NCBI GenBank assembly: GCA_040901675.1
Contig: JBBDYJ010000007.1
Location: 11,829-45,847, forward strand
DNA: 34,019 nt
Direction of reading: 5' to 3'
Source of the DNA: Pirellulales bacterium
GTDB taxonomy: Bacteria > Planctomycetota > Planctomycetia > Pirellulales > JAICIG01
How positions within the stretch are numbered: the stretch's first letter is position 1; every line of letters begins with the position of its first letter. Position numbers and translations under genes: made by a program. The notes beneath the pieces were generated by a model. The model had not been told where the DNA came from. It saw only the letters and a list, made by a program, of their open reading frames with translations, and did not search any database. Shown here in pieces: positions 18,434-27,827 of this stretch.

Positions 18434-18663
18434 TGCTTGCCGGCGCTCAACAGGCGGCCCAGCAGGACTGGATCGATCCGCCCCCGGAACCGCTCGACCC
18501 CGTCGATGACCACCACCGGGACGCAATGGTTGTAGCGGATGCGCAACTGGTCGTCCTGATCGATATCGACCTCGCGAGGCTCCAGACCGCTTGCCTCCAG
18601 GAGGCCCTTGGCGTCGTCGCACAGATGGCAGCCTTGCCGGGTATACAGCACCACGTCGCGCAT
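18430..18663 (-). CDS. Glutaredoxin-like protein (DUF836)
   Basis: VVLYTRQGCHLCDDA (CxxC), EVDID and VPVVVIDG. Start called at ATG 18663. Confidence 0.88.
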   Translation of the reverse strand: MRDVVLYTRQGCHLCDDAKGLLEASGLEPREVDIDQDDQLRIRYNHCVPVVVIDGVERFRGRIDPVLLGRLLSAGKQ

Positions 18664-18777
18664 CGACCGGATTTCCCGCTCAGGAATGGTTCGCCCATCT
18701 AGCATTCTCGGGGCGTCTGTGATAGCTTTCAACTGGGTCAGGCTGGTGGCCGCCTTCGTGCCGGCGGGCGGTGTGCC

Positions 18778-18809
18778 TGTCCCGAAGGCCAGTGTCCCGA
18801 AGACCAGTG
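18778..18809. repeat. 15-bp direct repeat (2 copies) in the divergent glutaredoxin/kinase intergenic region
   Basis: TGTCCCGAAGGCCAG followed by TGTCCCGAAGACCAG TG. Confidence 0.7.
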
Positions 18810-18909
18810 CGTCTCCCAACGCCGGCTGGGCCGATCTTAACTTCTAAGAACGCGGGTGGATTCATACTCGCCCGGCTGATTCGTCGCGGCGAACACTCGC
18901 CCAGGCGGC

Positions 18910-20451
18910 ATGACCAAGCTCAAAGCCGACACGTTTCTCGATCTGGTGCGGCGCAGCGGCCTGGTGGAAAAGGACCGGCTCGCCAAGACCGTCGCTGAGT
19001 TGGAGACCCGCCTGGGCAAAGCGGCCCTGGACGACGCCCAGGTATTGTCAGAGCATCTCCGTGCAGCGGGACTGCTGACGGGCTGGCAGTCTGCCACGCT
19101 GCTCGACGGGCGGCACCGCGGTTTCTTCCTGGGCAAGTATAAGCTGCTCGATCACCTGGGCACCGGCGGCATGAGCGCCGTCTACCTGGCCGAACACGTG
19201 AACATGCACCGCCGGGTGGCCATCAAGGTGCTCCCCAAGTACCGCGTGAACGACTCCTCGTATCTGGCTCGTTTCTACCTCGAGGCGCGGGCGGCCGCGG
19301 CCCTGGATCATCCCAACATCGTCAGGGCCTACGACGTCGATAACGAAGGAGACCAGCACTACCTGGTGATGGAGTTCGCGCAGGGGCAGGACCTGCAGCA
19401 GCTCGTCAAGGTCGAGGGACCCTTGGGATTCGAGCGGGCCGCCGACTACATCCGCCAGGCCTCCTTGGGGTTGGTCCATGCACATCGGGTGGGCTTGATC
19501 CACCGCGACATCAAGCCGGCCAACCTGCTGGTCGATCCGGACGGCACGGTCAAGATCCTCGACATGGGCCTGGCCCGCTTTTCCGACCAGTCCCAAGCCT
19601 CGCTCACCGTCGCCCATGACGAAACCGTGCTGGGCACGGCCGATTACCTGGCCCCGGAGCAGGCGCTGAACAGCCACAACGTCGACAGCCGGGTAGACAT
19701 CTACAGCCTGGGCTGCACGCTCTACTTCCTGCTCACTGGGCACCCGCCATTCCCCGAGGGGACGCTTTCGCAACGGCTGATGAAGCACCAGGTGGAGCAA
19801 CCCTCCAGCATCCTGATCGATCGGCCCGACGCGCCGGCGGAGTTGGTCGCCATCTGCGCGCGGATGATGGCCAAGTCGCGCGACGAGCGCTACCAGACGG
19901 CCGGCGACGTCGGCGAGGCCCTGACCGAGTGGCTCATCTCCAGGGGCAACGACGCCTTGCGGCTGGACCACGCCCGCCGCCAAGCCGCCACCGGTCCGGC
20001 GGCCGAGGTTTCCAAGTCGCTGCCAGGCCACTCGCCCGCCCCGGACACCAGCGCCCTGACCGACACGGGCCGCATCCACGACCGGCCCACGGTCAAAGGT
20101 CCCCCGTCGGGCGCCGGTGACTCGAGCTTGAAGCGAGGCCCCGGCGGTTCCGAAGCCCGCCGCCAAAAGCTGCCCGTCGCCAAACCACTCGGTCCGGTCG
20201 ACGAATACACCATCAAGATCGAAGACGAGCCACCCAGCGCTGCTGCCAAGTTGCGGGCCACCGCCGGCGAAACGTCTGACATCAAGAAGAAGCCATCCAA
20301 GTCGGGTCGCAAGTCCGCTCGCAAGTCAAGCCGCCGCCTGCCTTGGAAGGATTGGGAAAAATCGACCTGGCTTATCGTCGGCAGCGCCACGGTGGCCATC
20401 ATCGTGGCCGTGTGCCTCATCGTGATGGCAATTGTGATGGCAATCATCTGA
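18910..20451 (+). CDS. Hanks-type Ser/Thr protein kinase with a C-terminal tail anchor
   Basis: [36 protein letters not shown] and DIYSLG, then a disordered linker, a basic patch and a terminal TM ([31 protein letters not shown]). Confidence 0.95.
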   Translation: MTKLKADTFLDLVRRSGLVEKDRLAKTVAELETRLGKAALDDAQVLSEHLRAAGLLTGWQSATLLDGRHRGFFLGKYKLLDHLGTGGMSAVYLAEHVNMHRRVAIKVLPKYRVNDSSYLARFYLEARAAAALDHPNIVRAYDVDNEGDQHYLVMEFAQGQDLQQLVKVEGPLGFERAADYIRQASLGLVHAHRVGLIHRDIKPANLLVDPDGTVKILDMGLARFSDQSQASLTVAHDETVLGTADYLAPEQALNSHNVDSRVDIYSLGCTLYFLLTGHPPFPEGTLSQRLMKHQVEQPSSILIDRPDAPAELVAICARMMAKSRDERYQTAGDVGEALTEWLISRGNDALRLDHARRQAATGPAAEVSKSLPGHSPAPDTSALTDTGRIHDRPTVKGPPSGAGDSSLKRGPGGSEARRQKLPVAKPLGPVDEYTIKIEDEPPSAAAKLRATAGETSDIKKKPSKSGRKSARKSSRRLPWKDWEKSTWLIVGSATVAIIVAVCLIVMAIVMAII

Positions 20452-21331
20452 GTGCCAATCGTCTCCCCTTGTCGCCTCGTCCCCTTCCCCCCTTCTCTCT
20501 TCCCGCCACCCTGCACCCTGCCAGGCAGGCGGCGGCCCATAAGGCCAACGGCAGGCCCACGAGAATGGCGATGCCCGTGGCTGTCATGCGGATAGCTTCG
20601 ACTAATAAAAACCACGATGTGATGCCGTTGGCCACCAGCGCCAGGGCGGTAAGTTCCACCTGCACCAGCGACAACGTGGCCAAAACGGCCAGCATGTAGC
20701 CGATCGCCGGGCCGCCGCCGTGCGTTTCCGGGTCCGGCAAGAGCCGCTTCCAGGCGAACCAGCCTAGAAAGCCGACCTCCCACAAGGGCGAAAACTGCAG
20801 CCCGATCCGCCCGGCAACCGTGTCGGCAATCCAACCGGCCAACAGGCCGTTGACCGCGTCGGCTGCCGCGACCGTCTCGATCGACGCGGCCACCAGGCCG
20901 ACGGCCATGGCCACTCGCGATAGAGATGTCGTCGTCAGGCCAGCCCGAGTCGCCGCGGCAACCACCAGCACGCCTGCTCCGCCCCCTATCGCCGCCATGA
21001 CGGACCAGGCCAGGATCGAGCTGGTCAGCATTTCCGGCAGAGCCGGCACCATGGCCAGCGAGGCGGCCGTGAGCGAGTAGAGCATAACCGGGAGCCATCC
21101 GGCCGCCCTCGGCGGCGGCGCATCGAGCAGCGGCGGGCGCCGCGCCACCAATTTCCGCACCAGCCAGAAATTCGCCGCGGCCGCGATCGCAATCAGCCCC
21201 AGCCCCATCGCGCGCCGGTAACCGATCACGCCGCCTATGCCGAGCAGCACGGCCACGGCGGACAACAGCGCGAACAAATCGCGGAGCCTGAACTGCCACA
21301 CCGAGCGTTTGACGGCGATGTTGTTATCCAT
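20444..21331 (-). CDS. Multi-pass membrane hypothetical protein
   Basis: About 8 hydrophobic segments and an N-terminal [20 protein letters not shown]. Overlaps the kinase stop convergently by 8 bp. Confidence 0.7.
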   Translation of the reverse strand: MDNNIAVKRSVWQFRLRDLFALLSAVAVLLGIGGVIGYRRAMGLGLIAIAAAANFWLVRKLVARRPPLLDAPPPRAAGWLPVMLYSLTAASLAMVPALPEMLTSSILAWSVMAAIGGGAGVLVVAAATRAGLTTTSLSRVAMAVGLVAASIETVAAADAVNGLLAGWIADTVAGRIGLQFSPLWEVGFLGWFAWKRLLPDPETHGGGPAIGYMLAVLATLSLVQVELTALALVANGITSWFLLVEAIRMTATGIAILVGLPLALWAAACLAGCRVAGREKGGRGRGDKGRRLALR

Positions 21332-21744
21332 GCGCTCGCTTGGTTTTTTTCAACCCGCTGGAGCTCCTCGCAGTCGCCCGGAAGCCGCCCGAGTTTGCAA
21401 GGCTTGCAGGCGCGCCAAATGCCATTCGAGCTTTGCCCCGTTATACCCGTCGTCCGAACCGCTTCGAAGCCCTCCGGAACCGCTTTCGGCGCTTGACGCA
21501 AGTCCGGATCTTGAAGCCACAAAGCATTGCTGGGCATGTATTTACGGTGTTCACTTGTTTTATGATCCGGCCGCTTCCTAGTATGGGATTACTGGCTGTT
21601 CAGCCATGTCGAGGCCCGCGGCCGTGGGCCGGTAATCGTGCGAGGGATTGGACGGGAAGGGCGGCCCTGATATGCCGCTTACCATGGATCGGGTGGTTTT
21701 ATGCAGGCTCCAGAGCCTGAAAGTTCGTTCGAGGCGTGTCTGCG

Positions 21745-22449
21745 ATGCGTCGCACTCGGCAGCTCAACATCGGCGGCATTAATCCGCGCCAGACGGGTCC
21801 GGTTGCACCGGGCCGGTCGGTGGCCCGCCGCGCGCCGCTCAGCAAGCGAGCCCGCGGCGGCCAGGCCAACGAGCGGCTTCCCTTTGTCCCGCCGGAAGAC
21901 TGGCATGAGCCGGCCGAAACGCACAGCGGATACCGGTTTATTGTTCAGCCGCCGGGCAAGGGCTACCGTCACGTCGTTACGCCCCAGCAGGTTCGCCAAC
22001 GGTTGAGCCAACTGCCGAGCGATTTCGTCAAGCCGCTGGAGGTCGTGCAGTTCAGCCGCATGACCCACAAGAAGCAAGGCTTTCCCTGTTACGGCATGCA
22101 ATGGGGATCGGCCATCTATTTGTACCCGATCGAAGAGACGCTGGTCGAGTGCTACCACCAGTCGCCCAAGCCGAACCAGGTAAACGAGGCCCGCATGTAC
22201 GGCGGCCGCTGGGTCGAGGAGTCTCCCGGCACCTGGTCGCTGATCTGGACCGAGCAGGCCATCCAGGATTTCTACCTCAACAACATCCTGATCCACGAGC
22301 TGGGGCACCTGCTCGACGAGCGCAACAGCCGGCAGATCGACCGCGAGCGCTTTGCCGAATGGTTCGCCGTGCACTACGGCTACCAGGCTACCCACCATCG
22401 CCGCCCCCCCCGCCGCGTCTTCCGCCGCCGCCACGCGAAGAAGGGGTGA
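21745..22449 (+). CDS. Hypothetical HExxH zinc-metallopeptidase-like protein
   Basis: LIHELGHLLD plus downstream ERFAEWFA. GAGG SD before ATG 21745. Basic N- and C-termini. Confidence 0.75.
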   Translation: MRRTRQLNIGGINPRQTGPVAPGRSVARRAPLSKRARGGQANERLPFVPPEDWHEPAETHSGYRFIVQPPGKGYRHVVTPQQVRQRLSQLPSDFVKPLEVVQFSRMTHKKQGFPCYGMQWGSAIYLYPIEETLVECYHQSPKPNQVNEARMYGGRWVEESPGTWSLIWTEQAIQDFYLNNILIHELGHLLDERNSRQIDRERFAEWFAVHYGYQATHHRRPPRRVFRRRHAKKG

Positions 22450-22481
22450 CGGCAGAAGGGGGAGGAATCAGAGACGCCGCC

Positions 22482-22515
22482 GGGTGGCTGGGGCAAAGCG
22501 TCAGCGTGCCCCAGT
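22482..22515 (+). repeat. REP-like palindrome, family A, copy 2
   Basis: GGGTGG CTGGGGCA AAGCGTCAGCG TGCCCCAG T, a perfect 8-bp stem between convergent genes. Confidence 0.88.
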
Positions 22516-22614
22516 CTTCGTCCGTCCGTCTCCCCCGTGCCCCCACGCCGGGTGCTGCGGGCTTGCCCAGCAGTGTCTTGCCTCTCGATTCGACCCTGCG
22601 GATTCATCCCTCCT

Positions 22615-24486
22615 TTATCTGCCGCCTTCTTCAAGTTCGGCGATCCGCCCGCGGATTTCCCCGAGCACTTCGGTGAAGCGGCCGTCGCCGATCGAGCCAT
22701 ACCGGCTGCGAAAGTCCTCCTCGCTCAAGCCATCGGGCAGGCCGCTCACATCCGGAAGATGTGCATCGACCCGGAATCCCTTCGCCAGCTCGCCCAGCGG
22801 CAACTCGCCCGCCTGCACCCGCTGGGCAAAGCGAATGCCCGCCAGGTTGGCGCACAAGTCGCTGAAACTGAAACCGCTCTCGGTCTCGGCGTCGCGAAGC
22901 TCCTTGCCGACTCCCAGCGACTCCGCCCAAGGCGGACCCGTCAGCACCGTCAAGGCCGCTGATACTCCAAAGTGCGCCGCCAGATCCTCGCGGCCCCGCA
23001 TGGCGGGACGGCCGATCACCGCCAGCCGCTCTTTTCGCTCAACATCCGATTCGCCCGTGCGGCCCAGGTTCCAGGCCGTGCTGTATTTTCCAATCAGGTC
23101 CGAGCGATCCAGTGCCGTCGCCAGCGCCAACAAGAATGCCTTTTCGCGGTGTGCTTCGTCCATCCCGGCGGCCGCCGCGGCGGCAGCCCTTACGTAAAGT
23201 TCCGTGAGGCGGTCCCCCTCGAGCCGAGGCTTTCCCTTGGCGTTCTTACCAGTCTGCTTTCCAGCGTTGTCACGCGCGCTAGCCAGAATCGCAGCCACCA
23301 CGGCCTGCCTCGCCTCCTCCAGCGTCCCCTGGGCCTCCGGCTCCCCTTCCTTCTCAGGCCCCTTCTCGCCTTTCCCCTTTCCTCCCGTCTCTCTCCCCGC
23401 CGCCACCAGGGTGGACAACTGCGGCGCGGCCGGATCGTCGGGCAAGGCGCGCGACAGCGTGGCATAGATCTCGGCCAAACGCTTCCGCCGTGGCATGCTC
23501 ATGCCGTCGAGACTCTCCAACCGACGTTCGCCCATCTCTTCGCCCACCAGGCAGACTGCCAGGGCATTGAGCGGATCGAGCACGAGCCGCTCGCCGATCG
23601 TGCCCGGCAGCCGATCGGTTAAAAGGGGCCGCATCACCGATTGCCGTTCCGGGCTGTGGGCCGCACCCAGGTAGTGACCCAACTCGTGGACCAATAGTTC
23701 CAGCCGCTCGGCCTCGGAGATGGTTTGCGACCATTCGCCGATCAGGATGTGCGTGCCCAACGGGCCGCGCGTGCCTCCCAGGTTGGTGCGGCCTACGGGC
23801 ACCTGGTATTGGCTGGTGAAGCCGATGGCCAACCGGGCCGGCTCGGTTCTCACCCGGGACTCGAACTCCACGAACGACTTCTCGAACACATCCAACTCGT
23901 CGTTGGAGTCCCAGGTCTCCAAGGCGACCGCCTCGAAACCGACGCGGCAGTACCGTTCGAAGACGAGCGAGGCCGCCTCCAGCCGCTTGCCAAGCCGCTG
24001 CTTCCAGCGCTGGACCGCGGCGCGCTCGTCGTCGTCGACCAGCAGCTTGACCGGTATCCGCAGAATCCCGTCGCCGCCGCGGACGGGCGCCGGCCTGGAA
24101 GATTGCCCTCGCCCGGCCGGACGCTCGTCGAGCGATCCGGCGGCCTCGGCCAGTCCGATCTGCTCGAGGCTTAAAGCGGGTCTTCGATCGGCCCCGTCCT
24201 CGGCCTCAGGCCCGCGATAAAAGAAATAGGCCGAGTCGGGATCGAGCGCGTACTCAGTCCGTTGATCGGCCGAGCCGAATCGCAGCAACCCCTCGCCGGA
24301 GAGCCGGATCGAAACGATCTCCCCGGAAGGCAAGGAAAAGTTCTGATCGGGTTGCCCCTCCACCTGGATGGCGAACACGACCCGCTCGGGCGCCCGGTTG
24401 GCAATCACCACCACGTCGGCCGAGACAGCGCCGGCAGCCAGCCAGATCCAGGGGATCAGCAGTGCCACGCGGCAGCGCTCGGCCAT
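22615..24486 (-). CDS. Secreted metzincin (M10/M12-like) peptidase with a C-terminal YfiM/DUF2279-like motif region
   Basis: GGAGG SD and ATG 24486, signal peptide (..VSA/DV), HELGHYLGAAH, Met-turn SVMRP, and C-terminal DLAAHFGVSAAL..GKELRD..SGFSFSDLCANLAG. Confidence 0.8.
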   Translation of the reverse strand: MAERCRVALLIPWIWLAAGAVSADVVVIANRAPERVVFAIQVEGQPDQNFSLPSGEIVSIRLSGEGLLRFGSADQRTEYALDPDSAYFFYRGPEAEDGADRRPALSLEQIGLAEAAGSLDERPAGRGQSSRPAPVRGGDGILRIPVKLLVDDDERAAVQRWKQRLGKRLEAASLVFERYCRVGFEAVALETWDSNDELDVFEKSFVEFESRVRTEPARLAIGFTSQYQVPVGRTNLGGTRGPLGTHILIGEWSQTISEAERLELLVHELGHYLGAAHSPERQSVMRPLLTDRLPGTIGERLVLDPLNALAVCLVGEEMGERRLESLDGMSMPRRKRLAEIYATLSRALPDDPAAPQLSTLVAAGRETGGKGKGEKGPEKEGEPEAQGTLEEARQAVVAAILASARDNAGKQTGKNAKGKPRLEGDRLTELYVRAAAAAAAGMDEAHREKAFLLALATALDRSDLIGKYSTAWNLGRTGESDVERKERLAVIGRPAMRGREDLAAHFGVSAALTVLTGPPWAESLGVGKELRDAETESGFSFSDLCANLAGIRFAQRVQAGELPLGELAKGFRVDAHLPDVSGLPDGLSEEDFRSRYGSIGDGRFTEVLGEIRGRIAELEEGGR

Positions 24487-24512
24487 GTTCGGCCTCCAAG
24501 TTCGGCTACCCG

Positions 24513-27500
24513 TCAACCGCCGAAAAGTTGGTTGCCGTACACGACGGCGGCCGCGGCTGCGGCGAGCGCGGCGCCGCCCAATGCAATCCAAACCAGTCGG
24601 CGCTTTCCATACCCGTTTCCGGCGTGCAGATCGAGCAACTGGTCGAGGAACAGCTCGTCGGCTTCCACCTCGGCTGGCGCGAAAACGGGTTCGGCCGGCC
24701 GGCTGGCGCGCGCCCTTTCCACCCCCGGCTGGGCCGGCCCGCGTCGGGGTTCATCGCGCTGGGCCGCCGGCGTCGGCGCTGTTCCCGCCCTGCTGGCCGA
24801 GGGCTGGAACTGTTCGGGGGATCGCGAAGCGCCCGCGGCCGCGGCGGCAATCCGGTTTTGCTCTTCGAGCTGGACGCGGAACCGGCTGGCGAGTTGGATG
24901 GTCCGCCGGCAACGGGATTGAAGCAGATGGCATCGCTCTTCGACCCGCGCGACCTGCTGTCGCGCCTCGTCTGCCAAGTCCTTCAAGGCGGCCTCTAACT
25001 CGCCGATCCGCTGCCCCTGCTCGTCGGCCGAGCGCCGCAGCAGGTCCAATTCCTCCTGGAGCGCCTCACCATGCGACGCCGCGTCGGCCAGCCGCCCGGC
25101 GAGCGCCTCGCGGGCAGTCTCCGCTTCGTGGCGCTCCGCGGTCGCACCTTCAAGCTGCACCCGCAGTTGGCTGGCTACCGCCTGCTGCCGCCTCAATTCC
25201 TGGTCCAGGGCCTGATGCTTGCGGCTCCACTCCTCTTGGCTGTCGTGAGCACCGGCGACGAGATGCTCGCTGGCCGCGCGCTCGCTTGCAAGTTGATCTT
25301 CGAGTTGCCGGCGCCCCAGCTCGGCGGACCGGCGCTCATGTTCAATCGCTTGCTCGCTCTGCGCCCGGCTGGCCTCGGTGGCCTCCAACCGCTCGGCCAG
25401 TCCGCTGCGCGCTCGTTCAAGCGATTGACGCTCCTGGATCAGTTCTTCGACTTGCAACCGCAGCCGCTCGGTCTCGGCCCGCTCCAGCTCCTGCTGGGCG
25501 AGAAGTGCCTCGTAGCGCCTGCCCCAGTCTTGTTCCAGCGATACGCGCTGCCGCTCGGCGGCCCGTGCCGCCTCGCTCGCGGACTGTTCGGCCCGCCGGA
25601 GCGCCTCTCGCTCTTCGGATAAGATCCGGTCGAGCTGCTGGGCCGCCACCCGCTGCTCGCCCAGCGCCTGCTCCAGTTCGGCTTGCCGTGCCTGCTCCTG
25701 ATTGAGCCGCGCGGCGAGGGCTGGACTGCTGCTCTCCAATTCGTCGCGGCGGGCGGTGGCCTGCTCCAGCTCCTCCCGCAGACGGGCGCAAATCGCTTCG
25801 ACTTCGGCCAGCCGGCGGCCTGTTTCCGCCTGCCGCTCGGCCGTCTCACGCTGGTAGCCATCGAACTCGATCTCGACCGCGGCCCGCTCGGCGGTGGCCC
25901 GCTCGATTTGCCCGGCCAGTTCCAGCGCTTGCTTTTGATTCTCGGCCTGCTGGATCAGCAATTGTTGGCCGGCCGCTTTCAGTTGCCGCTCGACGTCGGC
26001 CCGCTGCTCTTCGGCATCGGCCGCCTGCCGCTGGGCCAGGGTCCATTGCTTCTCCAGATCGGCCCGCTGTTGCTCGGCATCGGCCCACTGATGCTCGACG
26101 GCGTCTAACCGCTGCCCGACGGCGGCCAATTGCTCGATGGTGGCAGCCAGTTTCTGCTCGGCCTCGGCCAATTGCCGCTCGGAACGGCCCAGTTGCTCCG
26201 CCAGCAGCCCGCTGGGCTCGGCATGGCCCGTCTCAGCCGCCTGACGGGTCCGCTCCTGGAGCAGCTCTTGCCCCAGTTTCGCGCTGCGGACACGCTCGGC
26301 GTCGAGCTGCTGCTCCAATTGGGCGTGCCGCTTGTCGAGACCGGCCAGCTCCCGCTCGATCTTGGCCACGCCGGCCCGTGCCCCGTCGAACTGCCGCTCG
26401 AGCTCGATGCGCCGCAGGTCGGCATCGGCCAGGTTCTGTTCCATCTCGGCGTTGCGGGTCCGCTCGGCGGCGAGAGCGTTCTCCATTTCCCGACGCGCCT
26501 CTTCGACGCCGGCCAATTGCTGTTCCAGGTCGCGCGAACGTTCTTGGCGCTCGCCGCGCTGTGCCTCGAACTGCTCCGTTTCTTGCTGGTGACGAGCCTG
26601 GGCCTGCTCGAGCCGCTCGCGGGCTTCTGAAAGCCCGGCCGTCAGCCGGTCGACCTCCGCGGCGAGGGTCGCGCGCGCCGACGCGTCGGCCGCCAGCCGC
26701 GCGCGTTCCTCCTCGTCCTGGGCAAGCCGTGCGCGCAGCGATTCCAGTTCAGCCGCCACTCGGCCGCCTGCTTCCCGCAGGTCCGCTTCTTCCAACTCCC
26801 ACTGCGATTGCTGCTCCTGGTTCCACCGGCGAGCCTCTTCGAGTTGCTCTTCCACGGCCGCCAGCCGGGCGCGCGTCGCCTCCAGGTCGTTCGCCAGTTG
26901 CTCGGACAGGCCCGTGCGAACCTGGGCATCCTGCCGGCTGTCGGCCAGTGCTCGGCGGGCTTGGCCCAATTCTGCTTCCACGAGGGCGATTCTCTTGCGG
27001 AAGAACGCGGCTTCCTCGCTTGCGTGTCCCGGCCGCAACGTGACCTGATCTACCGAGTCGCGAATTTCATCCAAGCTCGCCGGGCCAAACTCGTGCGCGG
27101 TGAAGATCCGGGCCGAGTCGGCGTCCGGCAAAAAGTCCAGCGGCTGGTTGTCGGCCAGATAGGTCAAGCGGATACCGCCCACTTCCAGCACCTGGCCGGG
27201 CAGCACTTGGGTCGCCTCGATCCGCCGGCCGTCGACCCGCGTGCCGCGGCTGCTCAAAAGATCCACGGCCCAGAGCATGTCCCGATCGTAAAACAGCACG
27301 CAATGGGTTTTCGAAACCTTGGGGTGAACCAGGCGGAGCGTGCTGGGCGACAGGCGGCCCACCAGCGTCAACTGACGGCGCCAACTCTTTTGGACCAGCG
27401 GCCGCTGTTCGGCCTGCGATTCGATCCGCAGCCGCAACGTGCCGTCCGCCGCACTGTCCCGCGCGCGGGGATCCAAATCCAGGTGGCGCGGGGGTGGACC

Positions 27501-27827
27501 ATCGTCATCAAAGCTGGCGTTGATTCGATACGGTCCGAGCCTGGCGTGGACTTTGGGCCGTAGCCAGCCATTGGGAGGGGCCGCCGCCAGTTCGCCGGAC
27601 TTCAGCCCCAGGCAATAGATGCCATGCTCCGTAGCGTGCAGGTAGAGGCACCGTGGCGGCACGTCGTCCCCGCGGAGCACCACTTCGCAGTCGGGATGGC
27701 TGCCTACGCGGGCGAATGGTTTGTCGACATGCGTGATAACGGGCGTGCCATCGGGGCCTCGCACGGTCACCACAATCGGTCTGGCGCACCACAGCGTAGG
27801 CCGCGACAACAGCGCCGCTTCGATCAT
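24513..27827 (-). CDS. FHA-domain protein with a very long coiled coil and a C-terminal TM anchor
   Basis: GGAGG SD and ATG 27827. Degenerate FHA (RVGSHPDCEVVL), canonical FHA (LVGR..VSKTHC..DLLSSRGTRVDG), ~740 aa of E/Q/R/A/L heptads, and terminal LVWIALGGAALAAAAAAVVYG. Confidence 0.88.
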   Translation of the reverse strand: MIEAALLSRPTLWCARPIVVTVRGPDGTPVITHVDKPFARVGSHPDCEVVLRGDDVPPRCLYLHATEHGIYCLGLKSGELAAAPPNGWLRPKVHARLGPYRINASFDDDGPPPRHLDLDPRARDSAADGTLRLRIESQAEQRPLVQKSWRRQLTLVGRLSPSTLRLVHPKVSKTHCVLFYDRDMLWAVDLLSSRGTRVDGRRIEATQVLPGQVLEVGGIRLTYLADNQPLDFLPDADSARIFTAHEFGPASLDEIRDSVDQVTLRPGHASEEAAFFRKRIALVEAELGQARRALADSRQDAQVRTGLSEQLANDLEATRARLAAVEEQLEEARRWNQEQQSQWELEEADLREAGGRVAAELESLRARLAQDEEERARLAADASARATLAAEVDRLTAGLSEARERLEQAQARHQQETEQFEAQRGERQERSRDLEQQLAGVEEARREMENALAAERTRNAEMEQNLADADLRRIELERQFDGARAGVAKIERELAGLDKRHAQLEQQLDAERVRSAKLGQELLQERTRQAAETGHAEPSGLLAEQLGRSERQLAEAEQKLAATIEQLAAVGQRLDAVEHQWADAEQQRADLEKQWTLAQRQAADAEEQRADVERQLKAAGQQLLIQQAENQKQALELAGQIERATAERAAVEIEFDGYQRETAERQAETGRRLAEVEAICARLREELEQATARRDELESSSPALAARLNQEQARQAELEQALGEQRVAAQQLDRILSEEREALRRAEQSASEAARAAERQRVSLEQDWGRRYEALLAQQELERAETERLRLQVEELIQERQSLERARSGLAERLEATEASRAQSEQAIEHERRSAELGRRQLEDQLASERAASEHLVAGAHDSQEEWSRKHQALDQELRRQQAVASQLRVQLEGATAERHEAETAREALAGRLADAASHGEALQEELDLLRRSADEQGQRIGELEAALKDLADEARQQVARVEERCHLLQSRCRRTIQLASRFRVQLEEQNRIAAAAAGASRSPEQFQPSASRAGTAPTPAAQRDEPRRGPAQPGVERARASRPAEPVFAPAEVEADELFLDQLLDLHAGNGYGKRRLVWIALGGAALAAAAAAVVYGNQLFGG

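Noticed and set aside
24513..27827. Chromosome segregation protein SMC
   Set aside because: No Walker A/B, signature motif or hinge. It has FHA domains and a TM instead.
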